A stretch of 62,984 nucleotides of DNA, filler included, from Octopus bimaculoides (Eukaryota), in assembly GCF_001194135.2 (NCBI RefSeq). It is 5 parts of 5 records of this genome, joined end to end, with 100 filler letters (N's around TTAATTAATTAA, not from the genome) between each part and the next. Parts side by side here need not be neighbours in the genome. Positions count along the whole stretch, not along the records: positions 1 to 24,249 come from NC_069006.1; 4 more parts are not named here. One strand, 5' to 3'. Positions within the stretch are counted from its first letter, which is position 1, and each line of letters opens with the position of its first letter. A model generated the notes under the pieces. It had not been told where the DNA came from, did no database searches, and worked only from the letters and a program-made list of their open reading frames with translations. This document shows positions 1-11,315 of this stretch, piece after piece. Both the position numbers and the translations under genes were made by a program.

Positions 1-1144
1 GGTGGATAATCTAGTGGGTGGCTACCAAGTCAGTTGCCAGACATTTGAAATTTAATGTGTCCATGCCCAGGGAAGCAAGACGTTCAGAGTATGGTAGATG
101 CCTGACGGAGGGTATTATGCAGACACGTGCCATTAGTAATTACTCGGGGTAGGCAGTTGGTGACTTTTATGTAGTAAAACGCACAAAAAAATAAGCGAAA
201 CACAGGCGCACAATTGAGTGGAAGGCAGAATTACTTCTGCCTTTATAGGATGTAAAGAAAACGTTGTTGTAGGAATGGACGCAGCATGTGTACTACAGCA
301 GTACTATGCGTAGCTTAGATAATGAGATTGAAAGGCAGGGACGAATTATGCCTACCTAATTTACAAGAAATAAAATATTTTGTACTTTATGGATAGTAAT
401 CAGAGTAACCTTCATAATTTTATTGAATTAGGTGCATATTTTGCCATGAAAGGAAAATGTTGCTATCGATCTATTTTATTCAAAGTAGGCACTGCCTATC
501 TTGCTACCCAGGTGGCACATCCCTGGTATTATGGGCTCCAGCCATGAAAGAATTGTTTGCAAAGCATTGCTTTGGGGGAAACAAAATTAAAAAAACAGGC
601 ATTAATTAGATCTTAATTATAACAAATTATAAATGAGAGCTTAGTGTTGAACTGAAGTTTTTCTTTCTTTGCTTGTCATTTTGTTTTTTTTAGTTTTTGA
701 TTTATATTTTAATGTGGAATATTTGTGTAATTATGCAAGCTGTAACAATAAATTCATATGTTTAAACAAAAAAATAAAGTAGTTCTCTTTCTTATATAAT
801 AGGTATGGCAGTGTGGGTTCCGGGTTCAGTTCCACTGCGTAACACCTTGGGCAAGTGTTTTCTGCTATAGTCCTGGGCTAACCAAAACCCTGTGAGTAGA
901 TTTGGTAGATGGAAACTGAAAGAAGCCTGCCACACACATGCATGTGTATGTGTCATTGTGTTTGGTCTCCGAGGAACCAATAAAATAGGTGCCAGCCTTT
1001 AAAAGATAAGTATCTGGGGTTGCTTTGTTTGGCTAAATTTTTGAGATGCCCCAGCATGGCCATGGTCCAATGAAACAATTAAAAGATAAATAATAAGAAA
1101 ATATAAAAGTAAAAATTCAGCAAAATTTGCAAGACTTACGAGTA

Positions 1145-1548
1145 ACTTATTTTTAATTTATCCATTTACTCTTTTACTTGTTTCACTCGTTTGACTGCGA
1201 CCATACTGGAGCACCGCCTTTAGTCGAGCAAATCGACCCCAGGACTTATTCTTTGTAAGCCTAGTACTTATTCTATCGGTCTCTTTTGCCAAACCGCTAA
1301 GTTACGGGGACGTAAACAAACCAGCATTGGTTGTCAAGCTATGTTGGTGGGGGGGACACATACACACACACATATATATACATATATACGACAGGCTTCT
1401 TTCAGTTTCCGTCTACCAAATCCACTCACAAGGTTTTGGTCGGCCCGATGCTATAGTAGAAGACACTTGCCCAAAGTGCCAATTGTGGGACTGTACCCGG
1501 AACCATGTGGTTGGTAAGCAAGCTACTTACCACACAGCCACTCCTGCC
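1145..1548 (-). mobile_element. Composite tRNA-derived SINE (head, dinucleotide microsatellite, conserved tail)
   Basis: Head ggcaggagtggctgtgtggtaagtagcttgctt...gtggatttggtagacggaaactgaaagaagcc, (TA)n/(TG)n spacer, tail ...gctccagtatggtcgcagtcaaacgagtgaaacaagtaaaagagtaaa. Many copies in the window. Confidence 0.82.
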
Positions 1549-3848
1549 CTATTGTTTACTTTACAATTTTTACACTGAACTAAACTGAAATTTTAGATCC
1601 ATTTCTCATGATTTTTGTAGTTTTTCAGGTGTGAAATTATTTCGTGGCACACCTGATGGAACCTCATGGCACACCTGGGTGACACAGCCACCAGTGTGTT
1701 GTGGCATACTGGTTGAGAAGCAAGACATCATGACTAGTAATACCCAGAGTACTCAATCGGCTTTAGTTCCAGCTGTTAAGGGTGGCATGAGATGGGACGG
1801 GGTAGAATTGTGTGATTAATAAATGAAAAACAGGTTGATAGAGAATACACGCTGAACGAATGAATAAATAAATGAATGGATGCATAAATTAATTGAGTTA
1901 ATGAATAAAGGAATAAATTATATTGTTATAATTAAAAGAAGTGAAGGTCATGGTTTTGTGGTTAGGATGTGGAACTCATGATCACAAGATCATAGTTTCA
2001 ATTCCCAGACTGGGCAATGCATTGTGTTCTTGAGCAAAAACACTTCATTTCACATTGCTCAATCCAATTGGCTGTAAATGAGTGACCCTGAAACAGACTG
2101 GTGTCTCACTGAGGGTGGATGTTGTGGTCTTGGTTACTTGTACACAATGGGAACGGGGTAACTGGTCCTATGAACCCTCTTTGGACTTGAGACATTAACG
2201 TCCATAGGGTTTACTTTACTTTGTGGTACATTGCTTCAGTGGTATATGTTTGTGGAGGCACATGGCTAAGTGGACAGGGCGTTGCCCTCATGACGCCAAG
2301 ATTGTGGTTTCAATTCCAGGACCAGGCAATGTATTGTGTTCTCAAGCAGCAAAACACTTCATTTCCCACTGCTCCAGCCCACTTGGCTGTAAAGGAGTGA
2401 CCCTGCAATAGACTGAAATCCTGTTCAGGTGCAATGTTGTGCTCTTGGTCGTTTATATGCCACGGAGACCAGGTAAGCAACCCTATGAGTCATAGAATAT
2501 GAGACAGGAGTCATAGAAACATGAGTCATAGAACATGAGACAGAAACATCTAGGAGTTGATGATAACATAAGTAAATGATATAGCTTCAGAGCAGGGGTA
2601 GGGAAACTTTTTAGGGCAACAGGCAAAAATTTCCAAAGAAAAAGGTCCTCGGGCAGATCACAAGTTCTAACTCTCATATCTGTGTAAAATCTTGTATATA
2701 TCTATGTATAATTTGATATACATTAATAAAGGTAAGTTTAACACATGAAATTAACATGTAACATTTTCATTAACACCACCACTGAATGTCAGGGCGGGAG
2801 CGTGAACCCTTCCTCCTTTAGTGAATGACTTTTATGATTGTTGACTTCATTGCTCTCAGGCATAGCCTAAGGTATTTTCGCACCTGACATCACAAAATGC
2901 GTATGAATAAACATTGCTGGACAGCAAATAGAGACTCGGACATTGCTTAGGAAATATTTTTCATTTTTAACCTCGTATATAATACGCACTAGGGATTTTG
3001 ACCTTTGAATTTTGGGAAAAAAATGTGGATTATAGTCGAGGATTTACGGTATATATATATATATATATACATAGTAGATATCATTCCCCCATATCCACAG
3101 TTTACACAGGTAGAGTAGAATAGTTAGCGGGCTGTTATGTATATAGATGTATGTATGCATGTGTGTGTGTGGGTGTATATAAGTATATGGATATGAAAGT
3201 AAAGAGAACAACATACAGACAGATAGGTACATAGGTTATATGAACAGACAAGCACACATACACAAATGAAGACTGAAACACAGTACCATATATACACACA
3301 AGGACACATATAGAGACACACGTCCACACATATGGAAATGCACATCCATACATACAAACATGGTACATAGTTGCAAAACACACATGCACTCACAAGGAGA
3401 CAGAGGTACGTACATACATAAAAACACACAAACATGGACATGCCAACACATGAATATGCAGAATGCATACATACATACACATACATATATACATATGCAC
3501 ACACATGCACACACACATGCATACACACACATGCATACATAGGCACACACACACACACACACTGACCCACATACATGAACACAAACAAACAAAAAGGAAT
3601 GCAGTATGAATAACAGACAGAGTCAAAACTATTGAAAAAGCTGAAAAACGCAACAAAAATTATAAAAAAATAAAAAATAAATAAGTGGAAATTTTACTGG
3701 TGAGTGTATAAGGCACTAAAAGAGAAAGACTCTCCCCAGACACAACAGAATATGCTTCAACACACGAACTCACATAAAGAATCTTGCAAACCAAATCCCA
3801 AAACGAAATATATATATTTATATATTCTGAAAAGTGGCTGCAACTTAC

Positions 3849-3960
3849 CTTCCTTTAAAGAAAGCGATGTAGAAAATCGAAGAATAGAAATTCACAAATT
3901 GGAAAAGAAACACCTTGAATATCAACTGGTCTTCGAAGTCTGTCTGTGTCCGATGCATTT
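3849..3960 (-). CDS. ANO7: Anoctamin coding exon (TM4-TM5), last visible
   Basis: Acceptor tgaattttccag, donor AG|GTAAGT; 112 nt, phase 1 to 2. Encodes (E)[36 protein letters not shown](R). The next exon (F.GYPG) was not found in 1-3848, so it lies outside the window. Confidence 0.94.
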
Positions 3961-4260
3961 CTGGAAAATTCAGAATGTCAAGTGAAAGTGAGAAATAAAA
4001 GAATAATGTGGTGATGTCAGAGTAATANNNNNNNNNNNNNNNNNNNNNNNNNNNNNNNNNNNNNNNNNNNNNNNNNNNNNNNNNNNNNNNNNNNNNNNNN
4101 NNNNNNNNNNNNNNNNNNNNNNNNNNNNNNNNNNNNNNNNNNNNNNNNNNNNNNNNNNNNNNNNNNNNNNNNNNNNNNNNNNNNNNNNNNNNNNNNNNNN
4201 NNNNNNNNNNNNNNNNNNNNNNNNNNNNNNNNNNNNNNNNNNNNNNNNNNNNNNTATATA

Positions 4261-4840
4261 CACAGACATGCAGGAAGTAAATAGACACCTTTAATTTTCA
4301 GAATTTCTGATCTGAGCATTTTAATATGTTTTCAGTGGTGTAGAATTTACAATGTAATTATTCTTTTTCATTCCAGGTGCCATTATATTAAACATTTGCG
4401 AAGAGTAACCATGCCACACACAAAAAATTCAGCAGAACTGTCAGATTTTCAAAGAGGTCGTATTGTTGGGCAATCTGAGGCTGGTCTTAGCCAGCGAAAA
4501 ATTGCCAAAAATCTTCAAATTCCTCTTGCTACTGTTAATAGAATTATAGTGCAATTCAAAAGCCAAGGAAAAGAATCAACAGATTCTCTTCCCGGCCGAC
4601 CTGGGTCCTCAGAAAGGAAGCTTTGCTGTTTGAAGAGAATTGTGGAAAATGAACCCAATTCAAAGGCTTCTGATATTGCAAAACGGTCAGAAGTTAGTCC
4701 AAGAACGTGTGTTACATATCTGCATAAGCTTGGGTATTATGGATGAGCAACTAGAAGAAAACTTCTTCTTCAACCAATTAATACCAAATAAAAGACTTTG
4801 AAAATTAAAGGTGTCTATTTACTTCCTGCATGTCTGTTTG
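4261..4840 (+). mobile_element. Internally deleted Tc1-like DNA transposon retaining the DNA-binding (HTH) part of the transposase
   Basis: About 40-bp terminal inverted repeats (cagacatgcaggaagtaaatagacacctttaattttca at 4263-4300, complement at 4799-4836), TA-flanked. ORF 4411-4746 reads [12 protein letters not shown]...LSQRKIA...TVNRII...RPGRP. Confidence 0.88.
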
Positions 4841-6087
4841 TATACAAAGCATGTATAGTTCACAGGTGATCAAAGTGTGTTTAGTTCACAGGTGATCTAA
4901 ACGATCAGGTACACTAGGTAAGTGCTGTAATGGATTACTAGGGCTCCAAGGTTATATGCAGGATTGCACCTGAGGACTTATGCTCTGGTTTCTATAACCT
5001 TAGAAAGTTGAACTATGAACTTTTATGCTTCTTTTTTCTTCTTTCTCTCCATCTCCTTATTCTTTTACTCCCTTCCTCTATGTTGTCATCTCATTAATAT
5101 ATACCATTCTCATTTTCCCTATTTTTTCCCTAGTTGTCTCTGATGACGGAATATCCTATACTCAGCGACATCCCAGAAACAGCTGTAAGACTTTGAATTT
5201 TTTCCAATAATAATAATGTATACGACTTGAGATGTTTGCCTTACCTAAATGTTTGTTGTCCTCTTTAACAATTAGATATACATACATATATATATTAATT
5301 TATATATACACAGAATATGGGAGTTTAGTTCACTGGTGATCTAAACGAATAGGTACACTGGGTAAGTGCTGTAACAGATCATTAGAGTTCCAAGCTCATA
5401 AGTGATACATACATATATATATACATATATATACATATNNNNNNNNNNNNNNNNNNNNNNNNNNNNNNNNNNNNNNNNNNNNNNNNNNNNNNNNNNNNNN
5501 NNNNNNNNNNNNNNNNNNNNNNNNNNNNNNNNNNNNNNNNNNNNNNNNNNNNNNNNNNNNNNNNNNNNNNNNNNNNNNNNNNNNNNNNNNNNNNNNNNNN
5601 NNNNNNNNNNNNNNNNNNNNNNNNNNNNNNNNNNNNNNNNNNNNNNNNNNNNNNNNNNNNNNNNNNNNNNNNNNNNNNNNNNNNNNNNNNNNNNNNNNNN
5701 NNNNNNNNNNNNNNNNNNNNNNNNNNNNNNNNNNNNNNNNNNNNNNNNNNNNNNNNNNNNNNNNNNNNNNNNNNNNNNNNNNNNNNNNNNNNNNNNNNNN
5801 NNNNNNNNNNNNNNNNNNNNNNNNNNNNNNNNNNNNNNNNNNNNNNNNNNNNNNNNNNNNNNNNNNNNNNNNNNNNNNNNNNNNNNNNNNNNNNNNNNNN
5901 NNNNNNNNNNNNNNNNNNNNNNNNNNNNNNNNNNNNNNNNNNNNNNNNNNNNNNNNNNNNNNNNNNNNNNNNNNNNNNNNNNNNNNNNNNNNNNNNNNNN
6001 NNNNNNNNNNNNNNNNNNNNNNNNNNNNNNNNNNNNNNNNNNNNNNNNNNNNNNNNNNNNNNNNNNNNNNNNNNNNNNNNNNNNNNA

Positions 6088-6505
6088 ACTTGACACAGTC
6101 CTTAAATCACAGCCTTGGTTTCTGTTGGAGTCTCCTTCCATTTACAAGTTCTCCATATAGCATCTGCTTAGGAATCCTGCTATCCTTCATTCTAATAAGG
6201 TGTCCAGTCCAACATAACCGGTGCTTGTGCACCATCGCCTCAATACTCAAGATATCAGCTTTCCTCAGGACTTGTGTGTCTGTAATTTTTGAGGTCCAGC
6301 CAACATTGAGAATGTGTCTGAAACATCTCTGATGAAAGCGTTCAAGGACCCTTACCTGACGTTTGTACAGAGTCCATGTCTCACATGAGTAGAGGAGCGA
6401 TGTCAGTACACATGCACGGTACACAGCAACTTTTGTTTGCTTTGCGATGCCATGCTGGGACCAGACACGAGACTGAAGAGACCGGAAGGAATTAGTTGCT
6501 ATCAA
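6088..6505 (-). mobile_element. RTE-clade LINE fragment (C-terminal to reverse transcriptase)
   Basis: ORF reads TKVAVYRACVLTSLLYSCETW...RFHQRCFRHIL...RLCWTGHLIRMKDSRIPKQMLYGEL, typical of the RTE thumb/C-terminus. Confidence 0.88.
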
Positions 6506-7273
6506 CCTGATGTATGATCATACATACATATGTATGTCACTCCACCATCGCTTGACAACTGAAATGATGTTGGTGTGTTTACATCCCTGAAACCTAGTGG
6601 TTCAGCAAAAAAGACTGATAGAATAATTACTAGGTTTACAAAGAATATGTATAAGGAACCCTCGTGTATAAGGAACCCCCTAATTTTTGGAGCTTAAAAT
6701 TTGGAAAAAGGGTTTCTAAGAGATTATTATACTATCCATGTAAAAGAAACTCCCATAATTTTTTAACCTAATTTTTGACAAAAAAGGGTTCCTTATACAC
6801 ATTCAAATATGGTAAGTAAAATCATATAAAAAACGTGTTCCTTGTTATTTGTTCTGGCAACACTGCATCTGTCCAATGTTTAGGAGAAGTCACACCATTT
6901 TGAACTACAAACAAACTGGTTGTTAAGGTGTTGTCAAGTGACTAAACAGATATTATTTGTCAGTTTTATACTTTTTATATTTATAATTGTATTCTTCATA
7001 TAAATAGATTCAATAAACCTTTTGAATTCAAAGAATCTAAGATTTTCTTCTGTTCCAATCAAGGGTGAAATGTCAGCGTAAATAATTATATTTTGGGGTA
7101 ACTGGTTGAAAAAGTTCCCCGACCCCTGATCTAGTTATTTGATTATGGCCCTTTGTGTGTCCCGTAGCCATGTGATATGCATCCCGTGTCTATTTTTAAC
7201 ATGAATAAATAACAGGAATCAAATGACATTAAATCCCAAATAACGAAAGTCTGTGAGAAAATGTCCAACATAC

Positions 7274-7469
7274 CCCACTGAGTCAAACTGAATGCCAGCC
7301 TCTCGTAGACCTTGCCTAGTAACATAATGAATATCAAGTTGACGATGGCAGCTGATGTACTGGCTATGATGGCAGCCCTGGGCCGGAGATCTTCGTTCTT
7401 GAATAGTGGGATACTGACTAACACACGGTACATGATAACAGCAATGATGAAGACGAGGACCAAACAGAT
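7274..7469 (-). CDS. ANO7: Anoctamin coding exon (TM3-TM4)
   Basis: Acceptor tttcttcttttccag, donor G|GTATGT; 196 nt, phase 0 to 1. Encodes ICLVLVFIIAVIMYRVLVSIPLFKNEDLRPRAAIIASTSAAIVNLIFIMLLGKVYERLAFSLTQW. Confidence 0.93.
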
Positions 7470-7528
7470 CTGGAAAAGAAGAAATCAGGGAAACAGAGCA
7501 GTGTGTGTGTGCATATACACACACACAC

Positions 7529-7565
<37 letters not shown>

Positions 7566-7675
7566 TATAGTGGAGGTAAAGAATATGCATACTATCCATG
7601 TTCAGCGTAATCCTTAACCCTGACCCTAACCCTAAACACCAGGTGTGTGTATTCTTTACCTTCGCCTATATATAC

Positions 7676-7715
<40 letters not shown>

Positions 7716-8503
7716 ATGATGATGATGATGTGCAAGTTTATTATTTTTAAACAAGAATATTGACAGCCATTGTCAGGCTGCTTAAGCTTTGGTCAGTTGT
7801 CCAATGATAAGCTTAACTGGCCAAAACTTCAAAGTCACTGTCAACAGTATTCATGTTTAAGAATAATTTGTTCTCTACAAGAGTATAAAGTAACTCATCA
7901 GATTAGTGTAAAATTGTATTTTAAACACAGCCTATATATATATATTTATATATATATATATACAGGTTGTGTTTTCCAAAATGGAGACGAACTTCTTTCT
8001 CCATGTGATCTGCTAGAAAAATTGTTAAGACTAGGATATCTTCCTACTTTTCTTAATATGAAACCAATGGTAGCCTTAATTCACAAATAAAGATATATTC
8101 ACCAATGTAGTATTGAACACTGATTTTCATTGTTTGACATTTATGTGTCTACATATATATATAATGTGGTTTTGTAAAGAAAGAGATCAGGGATATCTTA
8201 CATCCTAGCTAGCTTCCTCCAGTTTATCCATGTATTTGTGAATTTACTGGAACTTGTCTCCGTGTACATTATTTACATTATTGAAGTCGAAGTTTTTTTT
8301 AACTAACGGTGACAGCAATTGAATATTACCTGAAGAAATACAACTGGAACCCATTACACAGGTAAACCATTGCATAATCGAATTCATGTATATATGAAGA
8401 ACTGTGTCGTTTGGAAACATTTGTTGTGATTAAAAAATAACTGTCTAACCACACTCCTTCTTGTTGACCTTGTCTTATTCAATTATATATATATATATCT
8501 ATA

Positions 8504-8666
8504 TACAAAATATTTTATAATTATATACATAATTATAACAAGGGATCAGCTTTATGCTTCACCATGCACTGCAAGAAATAGACACTAAAGCCCCTATTAC
8601 CACCGTGGTGAGGCATAAAGCCGATCCCTTGTTATAATTATGTATATAATTATAAAATATTTTGTA
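8504..8666. repeat. Near-perfect inverted repeat (63-bp arms, 37-bp loop); probable TA-flanked MITE
   Basis: Arms 8504-8566 and 8604-8666 match at 60 of 63 positions by direct comparison. Confidence 0.9.
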
Positions 8667-8750
8667 AAATTTACCTATGAGGTTTTTATTTCCGCACTGA
8701 CCACCTGGTAAAATTATTATTGATTTTACCCTTTATTATAATATACCTAC

Positions 8751-8794
<44 letters not shown>

Positions 8795-8879
8795 AAATTA
8801 ATTAAAAGAAATTATTAAAGTTTCAAACCCCTTTATGACTTTTAACCTATATATATATGCATATATGTATATACACAGC

Positions 8880-9390
8880 ATGCAATGGGTATTTTATATT
8901 TCTAATTTCATGCATGCGCATTGCTTGTTTTTGATGTTGACAGCACAGTATAGTAGGATCGGTTGGGCACTGTCTGTGAGAAACACAGCACCATGACGCA
9001 ATTCACTCTGCCAGAAATTTGGAAACAACATGCTGTACTGCTTGGTATTCATACTGGAAGCTCCAATACGAACATTTCAGAGTGTTTGGGTGTCAATCTA
9101 AGGACAGTCCAGCAGATTCAGAAAGAGTTGGATGAGTCTAATGGTGATTATGAGGGTATAGCAGCTTGGAAAACTCACCCTCATCATTCTGATAAGAAAA
9201 TAACTCTTGAATTTGTTGGTGAGATACAGGCCATGATTGAAAATTATCCCTCTAAATCAATCAGGTCCATCATCAGGAACATGGGAGTGGCTGAGTTTCT
9301 TAGCAAGCAAGTAGTGCATGAAGACATCCAGTATTCCTCATACAAGATGAGAAAGGGCCAGTTTTTATCCCAAGCCATCAAAGACAAAGA
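8880..9390 (+). mobile_element. IS630-Tc1-mariner superfamily (maT/DD37D-like) transposase 5' fragment
   Basis: ORF reads HAVLLGIHTG.SNTNISECLGVNLRTVQQI...PSKSIRSI..MGV...VVHEDI.Y.SYKMRKGQFLS (two HTH units), truncated by an RTE 3' tail at about 9390. The subfamily is uncertain. Confidence 0.72.
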
Positions 9391-9568
9391 AGAAACCTTG
9401 CCAGATCAGATTGGAGCCTGGTGCAACTGCCTGGCTTGCCAATTCTCAGTCAAACCATCCAACCCATGCCAGCATGGAAAACATATTAAATAATGATGAT
9501 GATGATGTATGTGACTGAACTATCTGCATTTCTGTGTGATCACTTCATAATACACTGTGAGAACTTAC

Positions 9569-9706
9569 CATTAATACAATGATGACCATTCCAGAAAGAA
9601 TTCGAGGAATCCGTTTCTTGGGTGGGAAATATGGTTCTTTGATACCAGTTATTGGATTGGTTTCCATTTCAGTGGCTTTGGCTGCATATGCAGGACGAGG
9701 TCGTTC
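9569..9706 (-). CDS. ANO7: Anoctamin coding exon (TM2-TM3 loop, start of TM3); not in the ORF track
   Basis: Acceptor ttttcttcctctccaag, donor ATG|GTAAGT; 138 nt, phase 0 to 0. Encodes ERPRPAYAAKATEMETNPITGIKEPYFPPKKRIPRILSGMVIIVLM, with the ERPRP and NPITG..EPYFP motifs. Confidence 0.93.
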
Positions 9707-9822
9707 CTTGGAGAGGAAGAAAATAATGGAAAACTCAGAAACAAATAGCTTGTAATTTATTCTTTTCTATTCCATGAAGAATCATTTATTGGGGAGAAAG
9801 ATAGGTGGCCTAGAGGTTAGGG

Positions 9823-10482
9823 CAGCGTTTCTCAACCAGGGTTCCCCGGAACCTTAGGGTTCCACAAAAGGTTCTGAGGGGGTCCGTGAGAAAGAGTGTA
9901 ATAAACTAATGCTAATTTCATGATATATAGTTATATGTGGTCGATGCAAGTGCCTCCTGACTGGCCCCCATGCCGGTGGCACATAAATAGCACCATTCAA
10001 GCATGGTCGATACCAGTACTGCCTGACTGGCCCCCGTGCTGGTGGCACATAAAAAGCACCATTCAAGCCTGGTCCATACCAGTACCAACTGACTGGCCCC
10101 CATGCCGGTGGCACATAAAAAGCACCATTCAAGCGTGGTCAATACCAGTACTGCATGACTGGCCCTCATGCCAGTGGCACATAAAAAGTACCCATTACAC
10201 TCTCAGAGTGGTTGGCGTTAAGTAGGGCTGTAGAAACCTTGCCAGATCAGACTAGAGCCTAGTACAGCCTTCTGGCTTACCAGTCCTCAGTCAAACCGTC
10301 CAACCCATGCCAGCATGGAAAGTGGATGTTAAACAATGATGATGATGATATGATATTTACCACATGAACTACGATGAAAAATATATGAGGAAGATATAGT
10401 ATATAATCTTTTTGTGCAGGGTTCCTTGAGACGTGCAATTTATTTTAAAGTTACACAAGGGCAAAGAGGTTGAGAAACACTG
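9823..10482. mobile_element. hAT (Charlie-type) MITE carrying a nested RTE 3'UTR insertion
   Basis: Termini cagcgtttctcaacc and ggttgagaaacactg; 8-bp target duplication ggttaggg / ggttagag (7 of 8 match). Confidence 0.8.
9937..10193 (+). repeat. 66-bp minisatellite, 4 copies, part of an RTE-LINE 3'UTR
   Basis: gactggcc recurs at 9959, 10025, 10091 and 10157 (period 66). The element ends in gttaaac(aat)(gat)n at about 10350. Confidence 0.88.
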
Positions 10483-10829
10483 GGTTAGAGTAATGCACTT
10501 GTGATCACAAGGTCACAGTTTCAATTCCCAGAATGGGTGGTGTGGTCATTCTATAACTGATTAGTCCACTCACAAGGAAAAAAATGACATCCTGTTCAGA
10601 GGAAATGTTGCAATCTCAGTTACTTGGATGCCATGGAAACTAGATAACTGACCCCAGGAGTCTTAGGGATCAAAACAATAATGTCTAGGGATTATTGATG
10701 ATGATGATGATGATAGCAATGATATCACACTAGACCAAAGGCATGTAGATAATGGTTCTCTCAGACATTTTCTGTATCTTTAAGAAGATTCAGTGTTTAA
10801 GAGCAGATTAATTCTTTTTATTGTTTTGG

Positions 10830-11036
10830 CTCTTTTACTTGTTTCAGTCATTTGAATGTGGCCATGCTGGAGCACCGTCTTTAGTCAAACAAATCAATCC
10901 CAGGACTTATTCTTTGTAAGCCTAGCACTTATTCTATCAGTCTCTTTTGTCAAACCACTAAGCTACGGGGACGTAAACACACCAACATTGTTTGTCAAGC
11001 GATGGTAGGGGAACAAACACAGACACACAAACATAT

Positions 11037-11073
<37 letters not shown>

Positions 11074-11082
11074 CATATACAT

Positions 11083-11154
<72 letters not shown>

Positions 11155-11315
11155 ATGTATATATATATGATGGGATTCTTTTTAGTTTCCATCAACCAAA
11201 TCCACTCACAAGGATTTGGTTGGTCTGAGGCTATAGTAGAAGACATTTGCTCTAGATGCCATGCAGTGGGACTGAACCCAGAACCATGTGGTTGGGAAGC
11301 AAGCTTTTTACCACA
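10830..11315 (-). mobile_element. Composite tRNA-derived SINE, same family
   Basis: Colinear with 1145-1548, with a long internal (TA)n. Confidence 0.82.

Noticed and set aside
3044-3656. Many long ORFs rich in C/V/Y/M/H/T/I (also 11466-12037, 31947-33184, 36098-36463, 38054-39387)
   Set aside because: They are translations of (CA)n/(TA)n/(TG)n/(GATA)n microsatellites, with no splice or codon evidence.
5341-6160. ORFs of 230-320 aa (also near 22.4-23.3 kb, 33.1-34.2 kb, 40.5-41.1 kb and 49.0-49.9 kb)
   Set aside because: They are open only because they span runs of N.
7614-7636. Telomere-like ccttaaccctgaccctaaccctaa
   Set aside because: Only three to four degenerate units; too short to call an interstitial telomere.
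9937-10193. Regularly spaced repeats resembling a CRISPR array (also 57575-57826)
   Set aside because: The whole unit repeats with no unique spacers, no cas genes are present, and the context is a eukaryotic LINE 3'UTR.
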